From positions 195,052,001 to 195,116,000 of the forward strand of contig NC_042997.1 of the NCBI RefSeq assembly GCF_006345805.1: DNA of 64,000 bases, read 5' to 3'. Made by a program: the position numbers and the translations under genes. The notes below the pieces were generated by a model, which saw only the letters and a program-made list of their open reading frames with translations, ran no database searches and was not told where the DNA came from. Shown here in pieces: positions 1 through 12,190 of the stretch (its first letter is position 1; each line of letters starts with the position of its first letter). This DNA is from Octopus sinensis. Its lineage: Eukaryota.

Positions 1-100
1 ACAGAGATGTGTCTACCCTTGAGATGCCTGTGTATTAATATATTTGTGATCTTTATAATGCACCACACACAAATATATATCGTATTTTTTATATGATCTT

Positions 101-133
<33 letters not shown>

Positions 134-380
134 AGATCGTGGACACTTGTAAGATGTCAAAACGGGTTACATCATCAAAAACTGCGCAAAGCATTTCTAT
201 TGAATACTAGAATACTAAATATTATTTCTATGCATCAAATATAATCGAAACATCGCCACATTATTTTGCTTCCAGAAAGAAAAAAACTTTCAAAATTACG
301 ATGTCTATTTACCTTTGAGATGTGTGAGTGTGTGTGTGTATGATGCAGTTAAATATGTCCGGTCATAGAGTGACCAGTGG

Positions 381-434
<54 letters not shown>

Positions 435-2851
435 ATACATATTTTAAGCACTATTTTCCTGTTTATACAAACAAATTTGTACACACGCACACACACACAC
501 GTACATACATATTTAATTGTTTGTGTGTAAAGACCACACACAAAAACACAATATACATGCATAAAAAAAACCCACTGCATGCATATATTTTATAGAAACT
601 GTCAATATGTAACCTGCAAACGGGTTGCAATGTAAACCCAGTGTGAAGAATAATTTATCTAACATTAATAATGATAGACGACAAATTTAACCTCGTCTCA
701 AATTTTACCGCATTGCTGATAGTAAACAACAATAATGCTAATAACAATTGAATTATATTATAAATCAATTCGTAACAGGCAATGATATTCCAAATTATAA
801 TACTTACTTTTAGAGTTCCCTTGATGAATTTCATTTAATAAATTCATTGAAGTTTTCAAAATAAGGCAATGTTAGTGATATTCGTTTCTGCTATCTTCAG
901 TGATGGTTGAGAGATAAAATAGCTCATAGGTTTGAATGATGAACATCTCACCGGTTAAATAATACCTATTTCGTTTCTTTTTGTGTACAATGCTATAAAA
1001 ATTTAGTAGTCATGTTTTCTATGAGTACAGCGATGAGAAATCTCTTAATCGTAAACAGTCACAAGTTCTTCTCGCGCACCTGCGAACTGTCCCTTCATCT
1101 GAACTTATGCAACAGTAACGAGTTAATTACTTCCCTTGATATATACACTCTACTTAATTGCCTTCGTATCGTGACGGAAATAGCAGGCAGAAATGGTTAT
1201 ATGCTTCAACAAAACCAATAAACTAGCTACTAGATATGTTAGAAATAACAGCTAAATTTTCCTCAAAGAATACAAACATCCCCACCGCCTTATGGAAGCT
1301 TCACGTTCCCCTAAACCTCGAAATAACTTTTCGGAACGTGAAACGTATTTTCCAACTGACATATATGTTAACAGAAGTGAATATGTAAACATGTTTGCCT
1401 AATGTTTTCACGAATCTTTTCTACTCTAGGCACAAGGCCCACAATTTTGGGGGAAGGGGCCAGTCAATTACATCGACCCCAATATGCAACTGGTACTTAA
1501 TTTATCGACCCCGAAGGGATGAAAGGCAAAGTCGACTTCGGCGGAATTTGAACTCAGAACGTAAAAGCAGACGAAATACCACTAATCATTTCGCCTGATG
1601 TACTAACGTTTCTTATTTCTTTATAGCCTACAAGGGGCTAAACATAGAGGGGACAAACGAAGACAGACAAAGGGATTAAGTCGACTACATCGACTCCAGT
1701 GCATAACTGGTACTTAATTTATCGACTCCGAAAGGATGAAAGACAAAGTCGACCTCGGCGGAATTTGAACTCAGAACGTAACGGCAGGTGAAATATCGCT
1801 AAGCATTTCGCCTGATCTGCTAACGTTTCTGCCAGTTCGTCGCCTTCTAATGTTTTCAAGAATGCGGAGGAAGCTTATAGTTGAAAATATATCATTCTTT
1901 TCATTTCTTTTTATTGGATTCAGCGAGTCATTAAATTACAGCTGTAATGGGGCACCACAGCCAAAGCTTTTAGTCGATATTATCAACCTAGTATTTATTT
2001 TGTAATCTGGTATTTTCTATCGATCTGTTTTTATCGAAACTAAGCTATAGCAAAAGTTGTTGTTGTTGTTATTCTTCTTCTTCCATTCAGGACTCATGCC
2101 ATTAGCCACAAAGAATAATCTCTAATTCGAGCCTACTCTAAGCTACTAAGAATGCGTGTGGCAACTTGAAGATCCACCCACCACCTGCGATAGACTGGCG
2201 GTTGCACGGACGTGAAAGCTACGTTGTGATCCTCATTCCGTAAACGGTGGCTTTTAACGAGTGGAGAGCTGAACCATCCTGGGGTACAGAGGGTTCGCAA
2301 TCTAGATTAGGGTCTGAAAGTTTGCCACACCATAGTGGGTTACACCATGGTTCCTCTGCTTTGTGGCAGAAGTAGGAAGAAAGAATGAGAGAAAGTTGTG
2401 ATGAATGAGTACAGCGAGGCTCACCCCACCTCATGGAACTTAGGTGTTTTTGCTCAATAAACACTCACAATGCCCAGTCTGGGAATTGAAACCGCGTTCT
2501 TACGACCGCGAGTCCACTGCCCTAACCACTGGACCATTGCGCCTCCACAGCAGAAGTGCTTGTCTAAGTTACCACACTGGGAGATTGAACCTGGAATCAC
2601 AGAACCATACCTGTGACTACATTTGGACAGGGATAAATAAGTGGAGTAGTCCCAAAGTCTATATATATTTGATCATGAACCTGTTCAAACAGTACTGTTC
2701 TATATTTTAGAGATGAGGTATTTGTACATTATTTACATTATTTACATTGGATGGATATGTGTCCTCATCTTGTTTGTTGTCACCACAACATTTCGGCTAA
2801 TTTACTCTCCAGCCTTTATCAGGTGTCCTGGTAGAATTTTGAACCCAACTC

Positions 2852-3410
2852 TTTGTTCAAGCCAAGTAACAATCTATTGAGCAACAACTGCCCCCAAAAA
2901 CATGCTATCCACTCCAATTAGGAAGAGGAGAGAGGATGAAACCCATAAGCAGACCACAGTCTCTCTACCCTATGTGAAAGGCCTCTCGGAAAAGATACAA
3001 AAGATATGCGACCCATATGACATCAGGACGGTATTCAAGAGTAATACTACACTTTGCAAATATCTCCTTCGAATAAAACCACCAATAGAAGAGAATATGA
3101 CCAAAGGCTGCGTGTACTCCGTCTCATGCAGTTGTGGTAGGTTATACAAAGGCGAAACATGCCGCCAACTCAAAATAAGGGCAGAGGAACATCGTAAAGC
3201 TGTGACACAAGACGTTGAAAAAGCGGAGACCACCTTCCCCTGTGGGATGGAGTTAAAATAATAGACAGAGAACACCACTGGAAAATCCGAAAACTAAAAC
3301 AGGCAGCACATATGCTAGGACACAACAACCTCCTCAGCAGACCTAGTGCAGATATAAGCCGCATATGGGAACCAGTATTAAAGAAGCATACAAAAATATT
3401 AGGTTTACAA
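2852..3410 (+). pseudogene. Penelope-like ORF remnant: RT C-terminal linker plus GIY-YIG endonuclease
   Basis: LPYVKGLSEKIQKI...VFKSNTTL...GCVYSVSCSCGRLYKGETCRQLKIRAEEH, then frameshifted WDGVKIIDREHHWKIRKLKQAAHM. Typical PLE GIY-YIG signature. Confidence 0.9.
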
Positions 3411-3439
3411 GTCCTAAAATTCACTCTATAATTGCTTAT

Positions 3440-3517
3440 GGGCATATAGCGTAATGGTTAAGAGTGTGGATTACCAACCCCAAGATTCCAAGTTTAATTC
3501 CAGGCAGTGCCTTGAAT
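3440..3517 (+). mobile_element. tRNA-derived segment (Pol III A/B boxes) between the GIY-YIG ORF and the pLTR hammerhead
   Basis: A box tagcgtaatgg at 3447-3457, degenerate B box agtttaattcc at 3491-3501, followed by an A/(AAT)n linker. Confidence 0.65.
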
Positions 3518-3543
3518 AAAAAAAAAAAAAATAATAATAATAA

Positions 3544-3909
3544 CTAGCACTATGACCCGGCGTTGCCGGGTCATAGTGCTAGTACATGCATATATACAGC
3601 TGCGTGCTTGCACACATACACTCGAGTACTGTCCAAATCTCTGACCAATCACATACAGCTAGCTGGCATTCAATTGGTGTATCAAGTTTCAGGCATTTTG
3701 ATTGGGTTTTGGATAGAAAATTCACAAAAAAGTCACTTCTATTGATTTTTTAATGGCTTTGCAGGGTGACTGGGGAAATGTAAAGATGTGCACAACCACC
3801 CTTGGATGGTTTTGAATGACCATAGAAAGGGCAAGCCCTCTAACTGAAAAATTGTGGATTTGTATAAAGGACACACACACAGACATTTTGCTGTTTATAT
3901 ATAGAGAGA
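3544..3909 (-). mobile_element. Non-autonomous Helitron
   Basis: Minus strand begins TC, ends CTAG, has a subterminal hairpin cccggc-aac-gccggg, and is inserted between A and T in the (AAT)n linker. Confidence 0.8.
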
Positions 3910-3984
3910 TAATAATAATAATAACATCAGCAAATAAAAGCATTAAGAATAAGAACCCAGGGCTAGGTTCAAAATTCCTACAAG

Positions 3985-4030
3985 GACACATGAGGAAGGC
4001 TGGAGAGTAAATCAGCCGAAACGTTGTGGT
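3985..4030 (+). ncRNA. Degenerate hammerhead of the PLE pLTR (inverted copy at 2782-2827)
   Basis: gacac-aTGAGGA-a-ggctg..cagcc-GAAAC-GTT-gtg. The inverted copy reads gacac-CTGATAA-a-ggctg..tagcc-GAAAT-GTT-gtg. Each copy carries different core mutations; palindromic AACGTT stem III. Confidence 0.7.
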
Positions 4031-4423
4031 AACAACAAACAAGATGAGGACAAATATCCGTCGAATGTAAATTATGTAAATACTGTTCAAACAGTGTCAA
4101 TATGAAACTCAAATATTTCAAAACTTTTCATTTGTTTATATAATACCGTGGTATTTGACAGTTTTTTAAAGTTTTCTCTGTCTGTATACATTGTCTCACA
4201 TGATTATTTACCATTGTCACAGAATGATCTTGCTACATCATCGTTGTTGTTGAGTCATGTGCGAATGAACATGTAAACAAGTTTTTGTTTTATTGTTTGT
4301 TTGTTTTTATATTAGAGGCAACAAAAGTGATGAGCTGGCTGAATCGTTAGCATGTTGGATAAAACGCTTAGCAGTATTTCGACCGTCTTAACGTTTTGAG
4401 TTCAAATTCCTTTACCTTTCATC

Positions 4424-5524
4424 TATAGGGAAAACGACCGTACGTATGGAGTTGGTGATAGAAATGTCTCCTTTTAAACGCCACATGGTTGCCCTATTAA
4501 GTATAAGCCAAAATACATGGTATAAAAGAATAAATGCCAAAAGGAATAATGAGGACGACAACTGTTCTACTGTTTGAGAGAGAAGACTTTATTTACAGAT
4601 GTGTACAATAAGATAAAATATGGGTGCTAGCAAAGTGGAGTGTCTGTGTGCGTGCGACAAGTGTTTGTGTCTGTGTGTTCGTGTGTGCATTGCAAGAGTG
4701 AACATAAGTACAAACAAAGGTGTATGCGGGTAAGACAGAATACAGAGCATAGAATGAGTCTCTCAGGATATTTCAGGCAAGATGGAGGTAAATACCAGTT
4801 CGTAAGCTACACAATAGTTCTGTAACAGAGAGGTTGGTGTTCACAAGTGCAGAATGCCGGTTGGACACATGTAGTGTAGCAGTTGGGGCTTCAATGCTGT
4901 GCCAGGTCTCTTGATACAGGAATTCTTGCAGGTAGTGCTGTGCTGTTAACCTTGGTGAATATCACAGCAGTGTGTAGTCTAAACCTGAGCGAATGTTGTT
5001 GTGTATGTATCGGTGTTGCTGGAGATGAGTGCGACGGAGATGGAGACAATGTGAAGTTGAAGGACGACAATGGTGATGGCGGTGGCAGAGAAAGGCGTCA
5101 TCGAGATGAAAGCAACAGTGGTGAAGAAAGGTGTCGTTGAGTTGCTGTATGTTGCCTCGTCATGGCTGAAGCAGGAACTGGCTGGGTCGCTGGAACATGG
5201 TTGAGTCGCTCTGCGGTCAGAGGTCAGCCCTGAGAAGGACTGGAACCCAAGACGAGAAATAGTGATTTTCTGGCGCCTTTTATAACCTGAGGTGGGCTCC
5301 AGTCAGACCCCAAAAAGACTGTGTCATGGGACCTTATCCGAAGGCCGTGATTGGTTGGCTTACACACTGGCACGAAATAAGTCAAGAGACAAACTGTGCC
5401 AATGCCAACCAATCAGAGCAGTGGACACAACAGGGTCAAAATAGCCGAAGCTGGTTGCTATCTAACACGAGATCATTTCTAATATATCTCTCAAACAGTG
5501 AGGATATCACCTAGCTACACTACA
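4424..5524 (-). mobile_element. Solo LTR (1101 bp) inserted into a SINE
   Basis: Termini tatag...ctaca (TG..CA type, one substitution) with a 4-bp TSD CATC at 4420-4423 and 5525-5528 that splits a SINE core. On the minus strand, CCAAT motifs, a TATA-like tataaagg near 5278-5284 and AATAAA near 4590 occur in U3-R order. Confidence 0.8.
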
Positions 5525-5622
5525 CATCCTTTCGGAATCGATAAACTAAGTACCAGTTAAGAGCTGGGTTGATGTAATCGACTCACCTCCCTCCCCACCT
5601 AATTTCAGGCCTTGTGGCTATA

Positions 5623-5856
5623 CAGGGTGGCCCAAAAATAGGTTTACAGTTATTCAACTATCTCTTTCTCATTCATATATTAACTACTTAGATCTTAATT
5701 ATAAAAAAATATGAAACTATTATTCTATGCTAATTTAGTTAATTTCCTCAAGCTTCCTTTTCAGTTTGTAAGACAGAAATTTAAATGTAATAAAATGTTT
5801 GAAAAGAAATTTAAAGTGTCTACATGATAACTGTAAACTACTTTTGGGCCACCCTG
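5623..5856. mobile_element. Tc1/mariner-type MITE
   Basis: TIR cagggtggcccaaaa(a)tag(g)tttacagtt at both ends, TA TSD. Confidence 0.9.
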
Positions 5857-5880
5857 TATTAGAAAGGATAATATTACATA

Positions 5881-6389
5881 CCATAAATCCTCGAGTATAG
5901 TCCACCCTTGAGTATAATACGCAGGGGATTTTTAGGGGGCTGTAACTATGAAAAACCTAAACCTTGTGTATAATACGCACCCCTTCTCTAACTTGAGTCA
6001 AGGATGTCTATATAAAGTCCTTGGTTTGTAAAAATATATACGGTAACGTCCTTTATTATTATTGTATATATAACACAATGCAAACATGTAATTTTTTGTG
6101 CATTTTGTTTGCAGAAAATAAAGAAATAACAGTAATAACGTTTAATAAATGTTGCTTACTGCAAGTTATGGATGATTCTTTTATGACTTCATTGCTTTCA
6201 GCCTTAGCTTAAGGTATTTTCGCGCCCAACATCACAAAATGCATCTGAATAAACATTGCCAAACAGCAAATAGAGACTCAAACATTGCTTAGAAAAATTA
6301 CCATTTTTAACCTCGTATATAGTATGCACTAGGGATTTTGACCTTTAAATTTTGGGAAAAAAGTGCAGATTATACTCGAGGATTTACGG
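5881..6389. mobile_element. pogo/Tigger-like MITE
   Basis: TIR cc(a/g)taaatcctcgagtata ... tatactcgaggatttacgg, TA TSD. Confidence 0.85.
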
Positions 6390-7029
6390 TACATGCAATA
6401 AAGGTGGTAAGATGGCAGAATCATTAGAACATTGGAACCAATGCTTTGTGGCATTTCCTCTGGCTCTTTAGGTTCTTAGTTCGGATTCTATAGAAATTAA
6501 TTTGTTCTTCATGTATTAGGAATTGACGAAGTAAAGTACCAGTCAAGTGCTGAGAGCGTTGGGAATGATTAATCCCCTCATCTCAAATCGGCTGGCCTTG
6601 TGCCAGAAAAGAAGGCCGTGAATTGGAAGAATTTTTACAGTGTCAGGAAAAGGCTTTGCACTATTTGTTCTGGTGCTTTACTTTCTGAGTTCAAATTCCA
6701 CCAAGGTAGATTTTGCCTTTTACCTTTCTGGTGTTGATAAAATAAAGTACTAGAGCTGATCATATGTATTAACCCTAACCCAAATCTGGTGGCCTTCTGC
6801 CTAAATCAGAAATCATTACAAAGTCAGTGAACTGGCAGGATTGTAGGAGCATTGGTAAAAATATAAAATAACATGTGCTTTTTTCTTCAGGCATTTTACA
6901 TTCTGAGTTCAAATCCAGCTGAGGACAACTTGGTGTTTTATCCTTACAGGGTCAATAGAAAATAGGAGCAGCCATGTACTGAGATTAATGGTATCTAATA
7001 ACACCATTCTCTAAATTAAAAAAAAAAAA

Positions 7030-7405
7030 GTCAGTAGCAGAAGAGGGTACGCTGAAAGTGCAGTTGCTAGAATAAGAATAGCCTGGGCAAAGTTCAAAGA
7101 GCTCTTACTTCTGCTGGTGACAAAGGGCCTCTTGCTCAGAGTAAAAGGTAGACTGTATGATGCATGTGTACGAACAGCCATGCTACATGGCAGTGAAACA
7201 TGGGCTGTGACTGCTGAGGACATGCATAAACATGTAAAAGCACCCACTACATTCTCAGAGAGGTTGGCGTTAGGAAGGGCATCCAGCTGTAGAAACTGCC
7301 AGATCAATAATGGAGCCTGGTGTAGCCATCTGGTTTGCCAGTCCTCAGTCAAATCGTCCAACCCATGCATGGAAAGCAGACGTTAAACGATGATGATGAT
7401 GATGA
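7030..7405 (+). mobile_element. RTE-clade LINE RT fragment joined to a (GAT)n-tailed repeat
   Basis: ARIRIAWAKFKELL...KGRLYDACVRTAMLHGSETW motif, followed by a ttaggaagggcatccagc...gatgatgat tail. Confidence 0.8.
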
Positions 7406-7649
7406 TCTTATATTGCATTCAACTTAGATGTATTATGTGATGGAGTTTTAAAATAGCTGTCTCTTTTGAGAAAGGGGGGAATATACAAGAGGCAGATGGG
7501 TGGGGTGGATAGTAGAAAGTGTAAAAAATCGAAATTTTATGAAAAAGAAGAAAAGTACCCAAGTTCCTTTCCAATGAGATGAGATTTTGGTACATCAAGG
7601 AACAACTATTCTTCCAAAACTCCAGCTATTATTTTTGACAATTTTTATG

Positions 7650-7897
7650 ATAATAATAATGAAATTATTGTATACAGTGCTCAGGTGCACCACAACTTGC
7701 GTATAAAGCATATGCAGTAATGTACAAATGCCTGGAAAGCGAACAGTGTATGAGTCAGATACATGCTTGCATGTGTATATGGAGGGGAGAAAATCAGGTG
7801 TAGTGTAGGCGAATCTCAGGAAGCATGGAAGTTTTGAAGGATGCAGTGCTCCGACAACAAACAACTGATGCCGGCAGTCTGTTCCATGCTTCAGCAA
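7650..7897 (-). mobile_element. CR1-clade LINE 3' end
   Basis: Minus strand ends gtgcacctgagcactgtatacaat..(ATT)n, the same terminus as the CR1 fragment at 27141-27195. Confidence 0.65.
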
Positions 7898-8230
7898 CTT
7901 TTATATTTCTTTTCTTTCAATGAACCCATCCATGAAAGATGTCAATAGGTGCAATCAAAATAAATGAGAGGGAAAGAAGTTTGTTTGTAGATTTGGAAAC
8001 TTTTTGAAATATAAACCAATATTGGTGGTAGGTGGCAAAGCGAATCAAACTGAAAAGAAATCTGATGAACCAGAGTTGTAAAGAAAATCCTTCATAATCA
8101 TTGATTATTGGAAATAAAATGAACCTGATGCAAAAATATAAATAAAAATATAAGCACCCTTTTAAAGCCTAACCAGCTTTCATATCTTATTTCTCTAGAT
8201 TGTCTTCTGTTTCCAGAATTATCAAACACT

Positions 8231-9001
8231 TAAGGTGGCGAGCTGGCAGAAATGTTAGTATGCCGGGCAAAATGTGTAGCTGTATTTCGTCTGCCGTTAC
8301 GTTCTGAGTTCAAATTCCGCCAAGGTCGACTTTGCCTTTCATCCTTTCGGGGTCGATTAAATAAGTACCAGTTATGCACTGGGGTCGATATAATCGACTT
8401 AATCTGCTTATCTGTCCTTGTTTGTCTTCTCTGTGTTTAGCCCCTTGTGGGTAGTAAAGAAATAGGTATTTGGTCTGCCGCTATGTTCTGAGTTCAAATT
8501 CCGCCAAGGTCGACTTTGCCTTTCATCCTTTCGGGGTCGATTAAATAAGTACCAGTTATGCACTGGGGTCGATATAATCGACTTAATCTGCTTATCTGTC
8601 CTTGTTTGTCTTCTCTGTGTTTAGCCCCTTGTGGGTAGTAAAGAAATAGGTATTTGGTCTGCCGCTATGTTCTGAGTTCAAATTCCGCCAAGGTCGACTT
8701 TGCCTTTCATCCTTTCGGGGTCGATTAAATAAGTACCAGTTATGCACTGGGGTCGATATAATCGACTTAATCTGCTTATCTGTCCTTGTTTGTCTTCTCT
8801 GTGTTTAGCCCCTTGTGGGTAGTAAAGAAATAGGTATTTGGTCTGCCGCTATGTTCTGAGTTCAAATTCCGCTGAGGTCGACTTTGCCTTTCATCCTTTC
8901 GGGATTGATAAATTAAGTACCAGTTACGCACTGGGGTCGATGTAATCGACTTAATCCCTTTGTCTGTACTTGTTTGTGCCCTTGTGGGCAATAAAAAAGT
9001 A
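8231..9001 (+). mobile_element. tRNA-SINE family A multimer (head plus 4 bodies, 184-bp period)
   Basis: Junction aatagg at 8461, 8645, 8829. A single 16-bp TSD agaattatcaaacact at 8215 and 9002 flanks the whole block. Confidence 0.9.
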
Positions 9002-9754
9002 AGAATTATCAAACACTCTAAAATCACTCATCACTAGTATATATTTAGTGGAACATTTTTCTCTGAGGAAAGACTTTGTATTCACAACCACCTCTCATTA
9101 TTGACACCAGTTTATACATCAGCACAGAACAAAACCTCAAGTTTATCTCATTTCTCTAACTTCAGTCATAACGGATACTCCCAATTTGTTTAGCTTCCAT
9201 CTCCATCTTTCCATCACATATGCAAATTGACTTTGAGTTAACCATTTCGTTGCATTTTCTCATCATGTATGCAGTTTGATTTTGAGCTTGTTCCATATTG
9301 CTTAAGGTTTTATCAACCACGTATCACGTGGCTGTTGTTGTTGTTGGCTGCCATGGTAGCTGGTTGAGTTAATGAAGGAAAATATCTTTATTGTCCTGTG
9401 TAAAAATAACTGAACAACACCTGGAAACATCTAACAAGAGATTTTATTATCGCGCTTAAAGACAAGCTACATTAATCTTTTAATGATAACAAGTGGAATA
9501 ATTACATACTGAGAGACAGACACTGCTTGGAGTTTATGGCAAGCAGCTGGATATGGCAACATTTGGCTTGCTTAACATAATTGGAAACTATTGTACTATT
9601 TGTAATGATAGATGTTTCTATCATCTATCTGTACCATCTGTCTTAGCTTAGGAACCTAGCTGAAAAGTGTAGTGACAGCTGTTTCTTATAGGGTTCTATG
9701 GAGAAAGTGACTGAGGATTCTACTTACCACAACCCTTCCAGAAAAGTGGGAGAA

Positions 9755-10005
9755 GATGGATCATCATCATCATTGTTCGACCGCGGTCGAGACAATGGAA
9801 TTTACTATGTTACACCAGATTTCACGGTCCATCATAGCATTACGGAGGTCCTGTTGCTGGATGTCTGTATCCCTGGAGATTACATCAGGGTAGGAGAGTG
9901 TGTGCCCTCTGGTATCACAAGCAGATGGCTTCCAGAGGAGAAGAGGAGAAATTACCTCATTTTCAGCTCTACAACAAGATAGTTGGATGGATGAATGGTA
10001 AAAAT
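9755..10005 (-). mobile_element. RTE-X-like LINE 3' end
   Basis: CCRAENEVISPLLLWKP...SYPDVISRD...DLRNAMMDREIW then a stop and a (TGA)n tail. Confidence 0.8.
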
Positions 10006-11905
10006 GCACATTGAACAGTTTTTATAGGGGATTGGGAGTCAAATTCTAGAGTGTTTGAGAAAACATGTCCATGCCATCACTTCTCACCTAGTGGTCAGTT
10101 AATAGATTGATCCCATGAAACTATGGTGGTTTGCTTGTGACGTTGGACTATGTGTCCAGGGATTTGGTCTCAAATAATTGCTACACATGCATGGATTAAA
10201 GACCACCCTTAACTTTAATTTTAACTAATCAGTGATTGTTATTCAGATGCATCTGTGAGTTTTCCAGGCCTTTGATTCATTTAAAAGGACACAATTTTTT
10301 TCCAGTTCAGAGACAAATTTAGCTTCACTTAATTAACTCACTTGATCTTATGATACTCTACTGATATTTGGACATATAGACATAATGACAAAGCACAACA
10401 CAAATGTTGTCTAATTTGCTTAACAGTACAGTACTTGGAGGGCGTAACCTAGCACAGCAACAGTCAAGTGCATGGAACTAGAGTAGGTATAGCTATGTGG
10501 TTAAAAAGTCTGCTTTAGAACCATATCATTTCAGGTTTGATAAGGCAGCCAGCTGGCAGAAATGTTAGCAAGCCAGGCGAAATGCTTAGCGGTATTTCGT
10601 CTGCCATTACGTTCTGAGTTCAAATTCCGCCAAGGTTGACTTTGCCTTTCATCCTTTCAGGGTTGATTAAATAAGTACCAGTTACGCCCATTTGTCTGTC
10701 CTTGTTTGTCCTCTCTGTGAAATAGGTTTGATAGCATCTTGGGAAAGAGTGTTCAACTATATCCCAAGATGACCGATCAATGACTTGTGGGTAAATTTGG
10801 TAGACAGAAACAGTATGGAAGAACTTGTATGGCTGCAAAGAAAGAAAAGCACCTGCACTTATTGGTTGCATGTATGTACTTGTATGTTTTGAGGTGTGTG
10901 GCTTAGTGGTTAGGGTGTTGAACTCATGATTGTAATGTTGTGGTTTCAATTCCTGGACTGGGCGATGCATTGTGTTCTTGAGCAAAACACTTCATTTTCA
11001 CATTGCTCCAGTCCACTCAGCTGGCAAAAATGAATAATCCTGTGACAGACCAGCGTCCTGTCCAGGTGGGGAATTTCTACGCCACTGAAACTGGAAAACC
11101 AACTCTTATGAGCCTGGCATGGCTCGAGAAGGAACATTTATTTTTTTATTGTATGTATGTATGTATGTATGTATGTATGGATGTATGGATGGATGGATGG
11201 ATGGATGGGCGGGTGGGTGGGTGAGTTCAAATTCTGCCGAAGTTGACTTTGCCTTTCATCCTTTCAGGGTTGATAATTTAAGTACCAGTAACGTACTGGG
11301 GTCAATGTAATCGACTTAATCCGTTTGTCTGTTCTTGTTTATTCCCTCTGTGTTTAGCCCATTGTGGGTAGTAAAGAAATAGGTATTTCGTCTGCCATTA
11401 CGTTCTGAGTTCAAATTCCGCCGAGGTCAACTTTGCCTACCAGTGACACACTGAGGTCAATGTAATCGACTTAATCCATTTGTCTGTCCTTGTTTGTCCT
11501 CTCTATGTTTAGCCCCTTGTGGGCAATAAATAAATAATATATTGTAAACATTAGCATTCACTCCTCTCGAATTACATTTTGAACAAAGTGGGAAAATTAG
11601 AAATGTGCTGGTCACTAAGTCTAAATATGCCATCTGACCTCATTTTCAGACAGTCGGCAGCTGTACCAACAAATAGGCCGATCTTCCAACCGAATTCTGA
11701 TATTTGCGATGATAGATGACATTCTTAACATTTTCAGTTGGAATAACTGGCAAATAATCATGACTAAAGTAAACAGAACGTTCCGAAGAAATGATCATTT
11801 GAATTGGTAATTGGTTAATACAAACCACATGGTAAAGTCATTTGCGTAATATTAAACTGAAACCCTTCCCTATTTTTGAAACATATGGCTAGCAACCCAT
11901 CTCAA

Positions 11906-12190
11906 GAATCATTTCGGTTTGAACGGCAGTTTTTTCTAGCGGTGTCATATGAAATTGTCACCTATAATTATGACCCTAGTATCGATCTATTGCATTTCAA
12001 TCTGTTTTAGGGTTAGGGTTAGGGGTGGGGGGAAGGGTAACAACAAATATCTTACAAACTATAGAATTTTCTCAATAAAGCCAAGAGAAAAAGATGTTTT
12101 ATAAACACATTCTACCAGTATACGAAGTTTAAAAGTGTTTAGTTACGTGGAAATTATTTTAAAAAACTGCTGTTCAAACCGAAAAGATCC
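11906..12190. mobile_element. TIR element (MITE) with internal TTAGGG repeats, flanked by a 50-bp direct repeat
   Basis: ~30-bp TIR ggatcttttcggtttgaac(a/g)gcagtttttt. Direct repeats at 11857-11906 and 12191-12240. Confidence 0.85.

Larger units (their letters stand above)
2713..4085 (+). mobile_element. 5'-truncated Penelope-like retroelement with an inverted 5' pLTR fragment, interrupted by a Helitron
   Basis: 2713-2850 is the reverse complement of ~3950-4085, both carry HHR remnants, and an RT-tail/GIY-YIG coding remnant lies between them. Confidence 0.8.

Noticed and set aside
600-1230. Possible host exon near a GTAAGT donor-like site at ~805 (minus strand)
   Set aside because: All upstream frames contain stops and there is no acceptor or recognisable peptide.
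12011-12030. TTAGGG repeats as an interstitial telomere
   Set aside because: Only about three units, internal to a TIR element.
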